Part shown: positions 13,368-27,494 of the stretch, one piece after another | Layout: every line of letters begins with the position of its first letter | Numbering within the stretch: the stretch's first letter is position 1 | Source of the DNA: Octopus vulgaris | Lineage: Eukaryota | Direction: 5' to 3' | Length of the DNA: 64,000 bases | NCBI GenBank assembly: GCA_951406725.2 | Contig: OX597826.1 | Coordinates: forward strand, 55,800,001 to 55,864,000 | Program-made: the position numbers and the translations under genes | Notes under the pieces: generated by a model | Told to the model about the DNA's origin: nothing | What the model saw: only the letters and a program-made list of their open reading frames with translations | Database searches by the model: none

Positions 13368-14159
13368 CACACGTTGGTAGGTAAGTATGTATATATGTAC
13401 GTTTAACAATCACATCCATATCTTCAGATGCATACAAAATACATTAAATTTTCTTTGCCCTTATTGGACACCATCAGACAAAATAAAACATCCATACACA
13501 TGTTTATATGTACACATTCACAGACATACACACACACGCACGCACGCACGCACACACACACATACATATATTATATAATACATATTTGCGTGTCCCCTTA
13601 ATACATTGATACACACACACACACACATATATATATATTATATATGTTATACATGTGTGTGTGAATATATTAGGGACTATATGTGTGTCTCTGTGTATGT
13701 GCAAGTATGCATGAACGGCGGAATAAACATGGTGAGATGATGAATGATACAGGTGTAGTGTATAAGAAGAGAGAAAGAGGGAGAGGGAGGGAGAGAGAGA
13801 TGGAGAGGAAGAGAAATAGGGGGCGAGATCGAGAGAGAGAGGGGGAGAGGGAGAGAGAGAGGCGGATAAAGCATATAATATCTATGACATTGGGTAACTC
13901 GAGTGATAAGGAAATGGAGAATGTTATAGCAAATATTATTACATTGAGAGAGAAAAAGACAGACAGAGAAAGAGAAGAAATTGGAAAGATGGAGTGGGGT
14001 GTATATATTTATATATGGAGTTGAAGGATTAAGAAAGATACATATAAGGAGAGTAGGAGATAAAAGAATAATGCCGAAAGTAACAAAGTTGATTTAAGTC
14101 GAGGAGTGGAAGTCACCACGAAAGAGACAGGTGTGTTTTATGTGCAGGTGAAACTATAA

Positions 14160-14216
<57 letters not shown>

Positions 14217-14255
14217 CAGACAGACAGACAGACAGACAGAGAGTTAAGTAGACAG

Positions 14256-14322
<67 letters not shown>

Positions 14323-14368
14323 CAGACAGACAGATAATAGACAGATAGATAGATTGATAGACAGAAAA

Positions 14369-14424
<56 letters not shown>

Positions 14425-14903
14425 GTAGATAGATAGATAGATAGATAGATACATACATACATACATACATACATACATACATACATACATACATACATAC
14501 ATACATACATACATACATGCATACATACATACATACATACATACATACATACATACATACATACATACATACATACATACATACATACATACATACATAC
14601 GTACGTACATACATACATACATACATACATACGTACATACATACATAAATACATACATATTAGTTTTTCGAATTTCCTAATGCAAATCTTCCAAAGACAT
14701 TGGTAAGTAACTTTTTGAAAACTCGTAAATTACTTAGTTATAATAAATATGCCACAGCACTAGAATTTTCTAACTTTGTTTATTGAGTCCTTCATCTTAT
14801 CCGAAGTTCTTTGTTCTAGCGAACGAAACGCACATATAAACATACATACACCCACCCACGCATATACACACGTACATATAGATTTAATACATATATAAAT
14901 GCG

Positions 14904-15145
14904 CCTTTTTAAAGCCTAGCCAGGCTCATGTTCCCGCGTTCCCGGTTTCAATGGCGTATGTGTTCCCCAGCTGGACGGGACACCAGTCCATTGCAGCATT
15001 ACTCATTTTTGCCAGCTGAGTGGACTGGATCAACGTGAAACGAAGTGTTTTGCTCAAGAACACAACGCGTCGCCCGGTCCAAGAATCGAAACCACAATCT
15101 TACGATGATGTTGCTGACACCCTAACCACTAAGCCACACGCCTCC
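14904..15145 (-). mobile_element. SINE family C (tRNA + CORE-like, short tail)
   Basis: Head GGAGGCGTGTGGCTTAGTGGTTAGG, TTCTTGAGCAAAACACTT, tail GAAACCGGGAA..ATGAGCCTGGC. Paralogous to 25919-26165. Confidence 0.85.
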
Positions 15146-15167
15146 ACACACACACACACACACACAT

Positions 15168-15199
<32 letters not shown>

Positions 15200-15204
15200 G
15201 TATG

Positions 15205-15238
<34 letters not shown>

Positions 15239-15364
15239 TGTATGTATGTATGTATGTATGTATGTATGTATGTATGTACTAAACCACGCGACACCACACA
15301 TACATTTAAACGCACACCTATACGCATAATTACACATATATTTACATATATATGTATATATGAT

Positions 15365-15410
<46 letters not shown>

Positions 15411-16012
15411 CACACACACACAATTATATATGTACACATACGTACTCACACTTGCACACGCAAACGCCCCAAACTAACAGTCTGACACGCTGAGGAATTT
15501 ATGAAATACCGTAATTGGTGAGGAAAGTAATGGAAAATAGAGAGGGGAAGCGATAAAGAGATCGAGAGAAGGGAGCTAAATGCACTTGTAAATAAACAGT
15601 ATGTGCGTATTGATGTGGTTTCATCGTACATGATTGTATATATATATATATGTAATGTGTAGATATATGTAATGTGTAGATGACATAAATGAGACGAATG
15701 CATGAGCACAATATGTTAGAGGTGAGAAAAAAAAATTAGGTTTTTTTTTTTTTTTTTTTTTTTCTAAAATGTGAAAAACATGGCAAGAACCGGAAGAATA
15801 TTCCTTTAAAAAAAAAAACGTCTGAATATAAAAAAAAAATTGAAGGCAATTTTCCAAATTGGGTTAGACAGCTGATTTCTTGTAAATGGTCCTTTTATTT
15901 AACTCTTACCAATTACAGTCGGTTTGAACATTACAGATAGGGGGAGTGTGGGGTGATTAAATAATCGTCATGTCTGATATTGTTATAGTCACTATTACTG
16001 CTGCTGCTGCTT

Positions 16013-16054
<42 letters not shown>

Positions 16055-16356
16055 TACTTGCTAGTGATGGTGGTTGCGATATTGCTCCAAGTGTTGATGT
16101 GCATTGCCGCTGATAGTTATATGATGTGGATAATTTTGTTGTGGTTGGTGTTGTCGGTGGAGGTAGTCGGAATGTTTATTCTTGTTATCTCCTGTTATTT
16201 TGCTGGAGCAGTGGTGGTGGTGATGGTGGTGGTGGTGGTGTTGACGACGGCGGTGGCGATAGTGTTGACGGCGGTGGTGGTGGTGGTGGCGTCGGTGGTA
16301 GTGAAGGTGATGGTGATAATCTAATTTTTCTTGACACTATCGATATTGTTGTTCGT

Positions 16357-16750
16357 GAAGGTGCGAGGCTCAGTGGTTAGGGCATTTGGCTCACGATCCT
16401 AACGTCGTGAGTTCAATTCCTGGCGAGCATTGTGTCCTTGAGCAAGACACTTTATTTCAGGTTGCTCCAGACCACTCAGCTAGCAAAATGAGTTGCACCT
16501 GTATTTCAGGTACCTTGTCACATTCAGCTAGCAAAATGAGTTGCACCTGTATTTCAGGTACCTTGTCACATTCAGCTAACAAAATGAGTTGCACCTGCAT
16601 TTCAGGTACCTTGTTACATTCTTCTTGGGAACTGCGTTAAAGTTACGACTGTATGTGGAGTACTCAGCCACATACACGTTAATTTCACGAGCAGGCTGTT
16701 CCGTTGATTGAATCAACTGGAACGGTCGTCTTCGTAACCGACGGAGGACC
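16357..16750 (+). mobile_element. SINE family C with an internal 48-bp triplication (16477-16620)
   Basis: Head GAAGGTGCGAGGCTCAGTGGTTAGG; CAGCTAGCAAAATGAGTTGCACCTGTATTTCAGGTACCTTGTCACATT three times. Confidence 0.88.
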
Positions 16751-16951
16751 ATTTCTATTGTTATTGGTGTTGGTGACTGTAGTATTGTTTTAGTCGATAT
16801 TTGTATTGCTCGTTCTAATAACGTTGATGATGTGAGATTTGTTTGTGACGGCGATAATAGAGTGTAAATAGTATTAGTGTTCTTGTTGTTGTTGTTGGTG
16901 GTGGTGGTGTTTTTTGTTTTCCTGTTGTTGCTTCTGATGGTGGTATTGATG

Positions 16952-17180
16952 GTTGGCAGAATCGTTAGCACGTCGGGCGTAATGCTTAGCGGTATTTCGG
17001 CTGCCGTTACGTTGTGAGTTCGAATTCCGCCGAGGTCGACTTTGCCTTTCATCCTTTTGGGGTCGATAAATTAAGTACCAGTTACGCACTGGGGTCGATG
17101 TAATCGACTTAATACCTATGTCTGTCTATGTTTGTCCCCTCTATGTTTAGCCCCTTGTGGGTAATAAAGAAATAGGTATT
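16952..17180 (+). mobile_element. SINE family B monomer
   Basis: TGGCAGAATCGTTAGCAC head, Meta-like block, tail ending AAAGAAATAGGTATT. Confidence 0.9.
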
Positions 17181-17397
17181 GACGGTTGGTTTTGTTGTTA
17201 CTGCTACAGGTAGTGTAATTGGAGTAAAGGTAGTGATATTTGCGATGTTACTGGTGGTAATGGTGTTGTTTGTTCTTATTTTTTTAGTTTTTTTACCTAC
17301 CCACAGCTTGTCAGTTTTGGGTAGGTAAACCTATATTCAAAAATGTAACCACCCATGGTTAAGTTCAGTGTATTTAGAATTACATAATTATATTTAA

Positions 17398-17628
17398 TCC
17401 TTTATTGCCTACAAGAAGCCAAACATAGAGAGGACATACAAGGACAGACAAACGGATTAAGTCGATTATATCGACCCCCGTGCGTAACTGGTACTTATTT
17501 AATCGACCCCGAAAGGATGAAAGGCAAAGTCGACCTCGGAGGAATTTGAACTCAGAACGTAGCGGCAGACCAAATACTGCTAAGCATTTCGCCCAGCGTG
17601 CTAACGTTTCTACCAGCTCGCCGCCTTT
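17398..17628 (-). mobile_element. SINE family B monomer, inverted relative to 16952-17180
   Basis: Reverse complement of the family B consensus. Confidence 0.9.
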
Positions 17629-18163
17629 ACATAATTATATGTTTAACTTTCTCACGCTGTATTCCTGTTATAACGGAAATAGCTTCAACGTCGTCTCTGC
17701 CGGATTCCCGGTAAAGCGGTTATGGGCAACACACGAAGAGAAAAGAAAATGCAGGCAATTGTGTCCATTAATGGCCCGTAATCGTTATCTCAACCTATAT
17801 ACAACTATTTTTTTTGAGGAACCCGGGTGGGGGGTAAAGTTAGACACAGTTGCTCAGATCTCAGAGGGTTAATTAAGATAGAGTGTAATTTTAACGAGAT
17901 TTCGCTGCTATTTCTGCCATATGCAGCCACCACATAGAGACTGTAGTTTTGCAATAAAATGTAGCTGTTTTATTGTTGTGAGTGATATTTCTATCACTAG
18001 ATAGAGTATTCGTGGGTAATCAGACCAGACTAGAAGTCAGGGCTTTCTTCATATTATATAATGTTACTATAGTTAGAGATACTTCGTTTTCAAAACCACG
18101 TACACTGTGTCCAGTTTTCCCTCTAAGCTGTGTGCAAAGTGGGAGAATGTGCGCCCTGAAGGT

Positions 18164-18316
18164 AGGCGTAGGAGTGGCTGTGTGGTAAGTAGCTTGCAAA
18201 CCAGCCACATGGTTCCGGGTTCAGTCTCACTGCGTGGGCAAGTGTCTTCTACTATAGCTTCAGGCCAACCAAAGCCTTGAGTGGATTTGGCAGACGGAAA
18301 CTGAAAGAAGTCCGTC

Positions 18317-18375
<59 letters not shown>

Positions 18376-18615
18376 TGTATGTATGTATGTATGTGCGTAT
18401 GTGCGTATATGTTTGTGTGTCTGTGTTTCTCCTCCCAACATCGCTTGACAATCGATGCTGGTGTGTTTACGTCCCTGTAACTTAGTGGTTCGGCAAAAAA
18501 GACCGATAGAATAAGTACTAGGCTTACAAAGAATAAGTCCTGGGGTCGATTTGCTCGACTAAAGGCGGTACTCCAGCATGGCCACAGTCAAATGACTGAA
18601 ACAAGTAAAAGAGTA
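18164..18615 (+). mobile_element. SINE family A, full length
   Basis: GGCGTAGGAGTGGCTGTGTGGTAAG head, internal (TA)n/(TATG)n, tail AAGTAAAAGAGTAAA. Confidence 0.92.
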
Positions 18616-19262
18616 AACGTGTAAAGATGGAAATGAATTCTTATAATTTAAGAAATTCGAGTGATGATTGATGGCATGGATGTACATAATGTTTTGCAGA
18701 AAAAAGCATAAAACTTGCACACAAAAAATTTTCTTTTTCTATTCAGGAACTAGGTGGATGAAAAAAAAATCAAGGAAAACATTGGCAAGCCAACGAGGAT
18801 ACTTCCTTTGCGGGTAACCCCGACTCACATGAAATAATTAATCAAACCCATTTCAAACTATACAATAGTGTCATAAGCCAAGGAATTATAAACTGGACAC
18901 CAACGTTACAGGTTAATTAAACATTCATCAAAGATATATATTCTACACTGAAATCACTGGTTATATGCTTGAAAATAAACAATATTGAACATCCCATTTC
19001 TTTTATCTTCAGATAGCCAGGACTTGGCTAACAAGTGCATCCAACAGCGTTTAAGACTTTAGTATATAATTTTGCTGTTATTTCTAACATGTCGCACACC
19101 CACTGGGAGTTTTCCCACGTACGTTTATTATTTTTGTTTGTAGTTTGTCTAATTGTAGTTCACTGTTTATTTTTATTGGTCTCGGTATGTGTGTAAGTTT
19201 CTGATTATTTGCCCATCTGCCTGTGTGTTACTGCATGTCTATAAGTTTGTGTGTGTTTGTGT

Positions 19263-19314
<52 letters not shown>

Positions 19315-19814
19315 GTACGTGTGCGTGTGTCTTTGTATTATTTATACATTCATTTATTTATTCATAACACACCACACACTGCAGAAAAAGAATCACATGA
19401 AAGTTAGTCTTCGTTTTCAATATAATTTCTTTGGTCACTCACCTCCACCACCGTCACCTCACCTCCTACCTTTCTCTTCACATACAGAAGCACTCACACA
19501 CATATAACAATATATCGTACATAACCATGATACACGCATATACGTACATACACACACATATTTGACATATACGTATATACTTACAATCATAAACGTAGAC
19601 AAGCACTCATTGAACGCATATAAATACACATATAAAAAGAGAGGAGAGCTCAAATTAACGTAATAATAAACTCACACGTATACACAAACAATATATACAC
19701 ATGTATTTTTATATATATATTTATACATACACATATAGACATATCTATACATAGATATATATAAATATATGTGTGTGTATACATACGTATATATATATAC
19801 ATACACACATATGT

Positions 19815-19866
<52 letters not shown>

Positions 19867-20104
19867 ATATATATATATAAATATTTATATATATAAATAC
19901 ATATACATATATATACATATATATTTATATATATATATATGCATTTATATACATGTTTGTGTATACATGTACATTCACACAAACACACACGTATTGATAC
20001 AGACATATACACGAAAACTGGACACACTCATTCCTCAAGCCATGTCCACGCTCATGGCCAAACTCACAAATACAAATACTATTACTCAGTAAAATCGACA
20101 CACA

Positions 20105-20157
<53 letters not shown>

Positions 20158-20648
20158 ACAAACACACACACAGACATGCACACATACTTTTAAACCGACA
20201 CAGACGCACAAAAGCAAACGCATTCAGAATTACATACATTAACACATACTCATTCATTAACAAACCAACCGAATATGGACAGACATACACCACACACACA
20301 CGGTGATATTTATGCAGCAACATTCATATAGGTATAACATCATATCAAAAGCTTTATAAGTACTTTTTACTCGCTCTACATTATATTGTGGGAAGCTATC
20401 AAAAGAGCACACGAATCATTAACGCCGTGTGCATTGAAGGTACCCGAGACTTTGGTAGGAAATAAACAAACAAATAAATATAGAGATAAATAAATAAATA
20501 AAAACGGTCAAACATGTTTGGTTTATCATTAGGCAATCCATTTATTTTGGCTTTTGAGATCAAATAGCGTCTATGCTAATTCCAGAAGCCACATTGCGGT
20601 CTAATTTATGTTTGTTTGTAGTTAGTTTGTAGTATGTGAGTGTATATA

Positions 20649-20691
<43 letters not shown>

Positions 20692-20734
20692 TCACACATG
20701 CATATATGTATGTGCATATGTATATATGTATATA

Positions 20735-20781
<47 letters not shown>

Positions 20782-21319
20782 ATATATATATATATAGGTA
20801 AGTAGGTATATATGTATATACATATATATGCACATATATACACATATATAAGCATTTATATATATGTACATATATGTATATATATATATATATATTTGTA
20901 TATATATTATTTTCGCATTATTACATGAGCCAAATTTTGGCATGATTCCAAGCAAAAATCTCTAATTCAGCATTGTGTTTGTGTCTTTGTGCTTACGTCT
21001 GTAAGTGTGTACACCCGTGCGTTCCCGTATGTATGTGCATCTATGTGTGTACTTGTGTGTGCCCGAGCGTATGTGTTAATATTTTGGCGTGTGTTAGTAT
21101 ACGTTAGAGTGTATATGTGTCTGTATATGGTTTACATTATTTCCTTCGGCACGAACATCAGTAGCTATTATGTAATAATTAGTATTCATAGTAAGAAATT
21201 TCTCAGGGAAATACAATACGCGCATAAGTATACGTACATACATTTACGTTTATATTTATGTACATGCTTATGCTCTCACACGAATACAATCAGCACACAC
21301 ACATACATGAAAGTATGCG

Positions 21320-21370
21320 TGTGTATGAATATATATATGTGTATATATATGTGTGTGTGTATATATATAG

Positions 21371-21437
<67 letters not shown>

Positions 21438-22125
21438 GTGTGTGTATGCTTACAGATATGTATATAAATACATATATATGCATGTATATATGTGTATATA
21501 TACATATGCACATGTATATACATATATATATGTATGTGTATACATATACTGCATGCATATATATATATATATATATGTCTAAATCTATATACACAGTTAT
21601 ATGTATATACATGTATATATTTATATTAATGTATATACATATATATATATATATATTTGTTTATATATATATATCTATCTATATATACATGTATATGCAT
21701 ATATATATATATACATATATATGTATATATATGTAAGTATATACATATATATATACATGTATATGTATATATATATATGTATGTATATACATATGTATAT
21801 ATATGTATGTATATACATATATATACATATACATACATATATATGTATATATATATATGTATGTATATACATATGTATATATATGTATGTATATACATAA
21901 ATATATACATATATATGTATGTATATATATATATACGTATATATGTATTTATATACATATATATATATATGTACATACATATATATGTATATATATATGT
22001 ATGTATATTTTTATATATGTATATAAATACATGTATATGTATGTATACATATGTATGTATATATTCATAGATATCTTTACATACACACACACACGCACAC
22101 ACATATACATATTTATACTTATACA
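21320..22125. repeat. Long degenerate (TA)/(CA)/(TG) low-complexity tract; representative of dozens of similar tracts
   Basis: Read directly; explains the YIYI/HTHT/CVCV ORFs. Confidence 0.95.
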
Positions 22126-22950
22126 CGCACGTAATTCTCGGTTAATTAGAATGTGATGCGGTATAGATATTTGCTGTTAGTTACTTAGTCAGAACCTCAA
22201 AAGCTTCAGTAGTCATTAGTCTCGTTAAACCTAAACCGATGAAAATCTAGGAAAACGAAGTATTGTTTGTTTTTGTGGTTGCCAGATCTTACTGGAATAG
22301 GAGTTCAAGATGACTAATAAAGCCTGTTGACTAACGGAAGCATGATGTGTTCTAAGATCACTTCTTTGGCCATTATATTCATTGTATCCCACCGAAAAAA
22401 ATTCTAGTCTAAGAGCTCGATACGTCATGGAATACTAATACCTCAATGAAAGCCGGGATTTGATATTAAATTTCAAACATTTAAGGCTATGTGCTTCTCC
22501 ATCCCCACCTCAGATTCTACGACCTTGATCTTGAAATGAAATACGAACTTGCTCTCAACCCCAAACCAAAATTTTAGGCCTCAGCTCAGAGCTCAGTTCT
22601 TGCTATTCTTTCGTCCAAATCAACCCTAACGACGTTAAAAAGACGAGAATTAATCTTGTGTACTTCGTTGTTGTACTCTATCTCTTGATGTTTTCTAGTT
22701 TTTCGGCCCTAATGCTCAAATTTTTATCGTTTCTCACATTTTATACGTTACTTTCTCGTGTATTCTCAAAGTGACATTTTCCGGTCATCTTTACTTTCTC
22801 TCGGTTGTCTCCCTTACTTGTCATACATCTCTGTCATACTGGCTTTTGTTTGTTGCTTTCTTTCCTTCTTTAATTTTTAATTTTTAATTTTATCATTAAA
22901 AACAAATTGTCATTTCTTTCTCTGACTGATGCTTCCCTTTCTGTTACACT

Positions 22951-23077
22951 TTACTCGTTCGGGCGAGGTTCTGGAGAGATGCATCGACACAGAATGCTCC
23001 AAGTAGCCAGTTTCTTCAGAGTTAAGCTGATGGGTCTTGCTTTCCTAATGACGTGTGCAAGGGTTTCTATGGATGTA
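22951..23077 (-). CDS. Candidate terminal coding exon (x)TSIETLAHVIRKARPISLTLKKLATWSILCRCISPEPRPNE*
   Basis: Minus-strand acceptor ATGTTTTTAG|, 41 open codons of unique sequence, then TAA and about 700 bp of SINE-free unique sequence. No homolog recognised. Confidence 0.35.
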
Positions 23078-23194
23078 CTAAAAACATAATGAAAATATTA
23101 AAGAAATATAATCATGTGTGAGTCTTTCAGTATGGATGTGTGTTTGTATATGTATATACATATATGCATATATACATATATATGTACACATATA

Positions 23195-23233
<39 letters not shown>

Positions 23234-23268
23234 GAATATATATGCATATGCACATGTATATAAATAGC

Positions 23269-23309
<41 letters not shown>

Positions 23310-23314
<5 letters not shown>

Positions 23315-23600
23315 GTGATCACCGTGACCGACCAGGCTATCAGATGTTGCTACACATCGCTGGTCACAATACGCTTCGCATTGTTTTAGCCTTCAAATGA
23401 TGCCATCCCGCTGGCTAAGCGAGCAGGCCAACAGAAGAAAGAGTGAGAGAAAGTTGTGGCGAAAGAGTACAGCAGGGATCGCCACCATCCCCTGCCGGAG
23501 CCTCGTGGAGCTTTAGGTGTTTTCGCTCAATAAACACTCACAACGCCCGGTCTGGGAATCGAAACCGCGATTCTACAACCGCGAGTCCGCTGCGCTAACC
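23310..23600 (-). mobile_element. tRNA-derived SINE, family C variant (tail type 3), inserted in (TA)n
   Basis: Head GGAGACGCAATGGCCTAGTGGTTAG..GGTTTCGATTCC. Shares TTTCGCCACAACTTTCTCTCACTCTTTC with the 13070 and 25040 copies but has a different 3' end. Confidence 0.85.
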
Positions 23601-23773
23601 ACTAGGCCATTGCGTCTCCATAAATATATTTATATATATATTTTATATATATATATGTATATACATTTATATATTTATATATATGTATACATACTGTAAA
23701 TACTTACACTACATGCACACACAGACACACATACACACATACAGACACACACACACACACACACATACACACA

Positions 23774-23842
<69 letters not shown>

Positions 23843-24672
23843 TTACAAACACGTAATACATATAGATATAGCATAAATATAGCATAAATATTCAATAAAA
23901 GAACAGAAAGATTATTTCGCAAACGCAGTCGGACATTATTGTAATATTTTAAGACAGAAATATTCATACATTTGTAAGTCGGCAGACATACACTTGTTAG
24001 TCTACAACAATCATTCCTGAAATTAGGCAGATTGTTCATCGCCAGAGATGAAGCGTTACTACCTCCGTTCGACAGTATATAAGAATAAAATATGATTATT
24101 ATTTTTTTTTGAATATTCATTTTTGCCTTAATATTCAAATTTACCGAGACACAATTCTGCATAGATACACACACAGACATATGTATATGTCCATAATATA
24201 TATTATATATGTGGATACATGTATACAAAAATATATATATTTATATATATATATATAGGATGTATGTGTGCTTTCGTTTCGAAGCTGATGATTCATCTTC
24301 TTGTCGCCTTAATGAAGGCACAAAGCGAGGAATTCAGTGTAGAGACAGAGAGAATTATCAGCTTCAAAGGAATAAATAAACTAATTCATGTACTGAATGC
24401 TCTTTTTTCCTGTTTCTACATCCAAACGTGTATACGTATGCGTGTGCGTCTGTGTGTGTGTGTGTGTATGTATGTGTGTGTGTGTGTGTTAGTGTGTGTG
24501 CGTGTGTACGTATATATATTTACATAGATGTATAAATATAGATAGAAATATGCATATCCACACATGTACACAGATATATATATGTGTGTGTGTGTGTGTA
24601 TGGACATGAATAAAGATGTAGCTATAGATACACACACACGCACATATATATATGTATATATATATATGTATG

Positions 24673-24759
<87 letters not shown>

Positions 24760-25039
24760 ATATGTGCGTTACGTGTCTGTGTGTGTACGTGTGTTTGAGC
24801 GTGTGCATGTATGTGTGTGTGTGTGTGTGTGCGCACGCTTGCACGCAAATGTAAATATATGTGCATATAAGTATGTATAGAAGCAATGTTTTCAAATGGC
24901 TAAGGAAATTCACCTCGCAGCAGCGCGGTGCCAGTTTCGATCCTTCTGCATGGATTCACGAGTGAATATTTTCCAGCCCTAAACATAGGGAGTGAAAATG
25001 GGGTAGAGGAAAACACCATAGAAGTCCATTTTTTGTTTG

Positions 25040-25338
25040 TTTGTTCCTTTTCGACCCATGTCTGGCTCATAGGGCGGGTTTCCCGTTTCTTTGGTGTATA
25101 GGTTCCCCACCTGGATGGGACGCCGGTCCGTTGCAGGTGAGCTGCAAGAAACAGGAGGAAAGAGTGAGAGAAAGTTGTGGCAAAAGAGTCAGCAGAATTT
25201 CGCCATTACCTTCTGCCGGAGCCGCGTGGGGCTTAGGTGTTTCGCTCATAAACACACACATCGCCTGGTCTGAGATTCGAACCCGCGATCTCTCCACCGC
25301 GAGTCCGCTGCTCTAACCACTAGGCCATGTGCCTCCAC
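25040..25338 (-). mobile_element. tRNA-derived SINE, family C variant (tail type 2)
   Basis: Paralog of 13070-13367. Confidence 0.88.
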
Positions 25339-25728
25339 ATAGAAGCCCATGAGAGGGATTGTAACTGTAATTCTTTTCTACTCTAGGCACAAGGCCCGAA
25401 GTTTTGGGGGAGGGTGCCAGTCGATTAGATCGACCCCAGTACGCAACTGGTACTTAATTTATCGACCCCGAAAGTATGAAGGGCAAAGTAGATTGTAATT
25501 GGAAATATACAGCATTGACACACCCTATATCACGCTGATTCTGTCCGAGAATTATATTACGAAGGATACACCTTTCTATGGAATATTCAGGCACTTGCAC
25601 GTTGATACACGAAGTAACTCAGTTGATCAAGCAATAACTGAGTTCTCATTGTCAAACCTAATGGCGATCCAATGAAAAGAGTTAAGTACTGTAAGTTCTG
25701 ATTAGTTTCTAGTTTGCTTTATCCCTAG

Positions 25729-25734
25729 ATCAGG
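25729..25734 (+). other. Candidate 6-nt microexon ATCAGG
   Basis: TTTGCTTTATCCCTAG | ATCAGG | GTAAGT, with TGC upstream of the acceptor. Confidence 0.3.
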
Positions 25735-25918
25735 GTAAGTCTATCTTGGCGTACGTCGACGACTATAACAAAAATGATGACCGCAAATGAATCTCGTCTT
25801 TAGTAGCACGCTTCAATTTTACGATAAGTTTTAGAACAGTACAAAGACACATACATCTGACGAGGAATGAGCATCGTTCGCTGTCATGTGTAAATTTAGT
25901 GTTACTCCTTTGTTGTAG

Positions 25919-26165
25919 TGGAGGCGCGTGGCTTAATGGTTAGAATGTTGGACTCGTGATTGTAAGATTGTGGTTTCGATTCCTGGATCGGGCGAGGCGT
26001 TGTGTTCTTGAGCAAAATACTTCATTTCACGTTGCTCCAGTTCACTCAGCTGGCAAAAAGGAGTAATCCTGCGACAGACCAGCCACCCGACCAGGTGGGG
26101 TATTTCTACGCCACTGAAACCGGGAAACCGGCCCTTATGAGCCTGGCATTGCACGAGGAGGAACA
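25919..26165 (+). mobile_element. SINE family C (short tail)
   Basis: tRNA head, TTCTTGAGCAAAATACTT CORE-like block, tail GAAACCGGGAAACCGGCCCTTATGAGCC. Confidence 0.87.
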
Positions 26166-26314
26166 TTTGTTTTCCTTTGTAGTGGTTCTGTTTAAATTTC
26201 GGAATTGATTATTTAAAGTAACGCTACGTACCGTTCTTATTTTTACTTGCGTGTGTGTGTGTGTGTGTGTGCATGTGTGTTTGTGTGTGTGTGCATGTGT
26301 GTGTTTGTGTGTGT

Positions 26315-26392
<78 letters not shown>

Positions 26393-26830
26393 AGATAAAT
26401 GAGAAACATAACCAGATGGTCAAAGGATCAGAAAGTTACACATGTATTGAAAACAGTAAAAATAAACAGTAAACCACAATTAAACAAAATTATCGACAAA
26501 AATAATAAGCATACGAGGAAGAACTCCCAGTGGGTGAGCGACATGTTAGAAATAACTGCCAAATTATATGCTAAACACCTAATTATTCTTTCAGGAGAGG
26601 AATAATTAGACAATATATTCTATGATGTACAGGACCTGTAAAAGACATCGAGTATCTATGTTCAATAACTCTTATTCTAAGAAGACAAAATTTAGAATAA
26701 CCAACAAAAATAAACAATATACGGGTACAAAATTATCAAGAACAATCCCGTTTATCTTCAGCCATTTTATTGTTCGCTTTCTCTCTCTTTCACATACACA
26801 CACTCACTCCCTCTCTCCCTCTATTGTCTG

Positions 26831-26902
26831 TATTATACTTTCTCCGTTGGTTCCGTTGACGTGCGATCAGTTGTTCGGCTAACTGCACGTATAACTTAAT
26901 TT
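26831..26902. repeat. Left arm of a 72-bp long-range inverted repeat (partner 28816-28887)
   Basis: Ungapped 63/72 match to the reverse complement of the partner. Confidence 0.9.
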
Positions 26903-26909
26903 AACGTAT

Positions 26910-27144
26910 TCTCTTTTACTCTTTTAACTGTTTCAGTCATTTGACTGCGGCCATGCTGGAGCACCGCCTTTAGTCGAGCAAATCGACCCCAGGACTTATT
27001 CTTTTTTAAGCCTAGTACTTATTTTATCGGTCTCTTTTGCCGAACCGCTAAGTTACGGGGACGTAAACGCACCAGCATCGGTTGTCAAGTGATGTTGGGA
27101 GGACACAAACACAGACACACAAACATACACACACACACACGTAC

Positions 27145-27198
<54 letters not shown>

Positions 27199-27422
27199 GT
27201 ATATATATATACATATATAAATATACATATATATATATATAATAGACATAAATATATACGACGGGCTTCTTTCAGTTTCCGTCTACCAAATCCACTCACA
27301 TGTCTTTGGTCGGCCCGAGTCTATAGTAGAAGACAGTTGCCCAAGGTGCCACGCAGTGTGACTGAACCCGGAACCATGTGGTTCGTAAGCAAGCTACTTT
27401 CCATACAGCCACTCCTACGCCT
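26910..27422 (-). mobile_element. SINE family A, full length
   Basis: Consensus body with internal (CA)n(TA)n. Confidence 0.92.
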
Positions 27423-27494
27423 ATGTATAGTTAAATATTCCATAGACTCATGTAAGCTTCACGTAATATTGATCAAGTCGAAAAAAGTGACGTG

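Noticed and set aside
17480-17872. Recurrent peptide RKDERQSRPRRNLNSER and similar repeated ORF motifs (PNPLTRLWSARG)
   Set aside because: Translations of SINE bodies, not a protein family.
18737-19062. Two-exon coding segment (acceptors at 18736 and 19012)
   Set aside because: The only open frame of the first exon splices into an immediate stop; weak donor.
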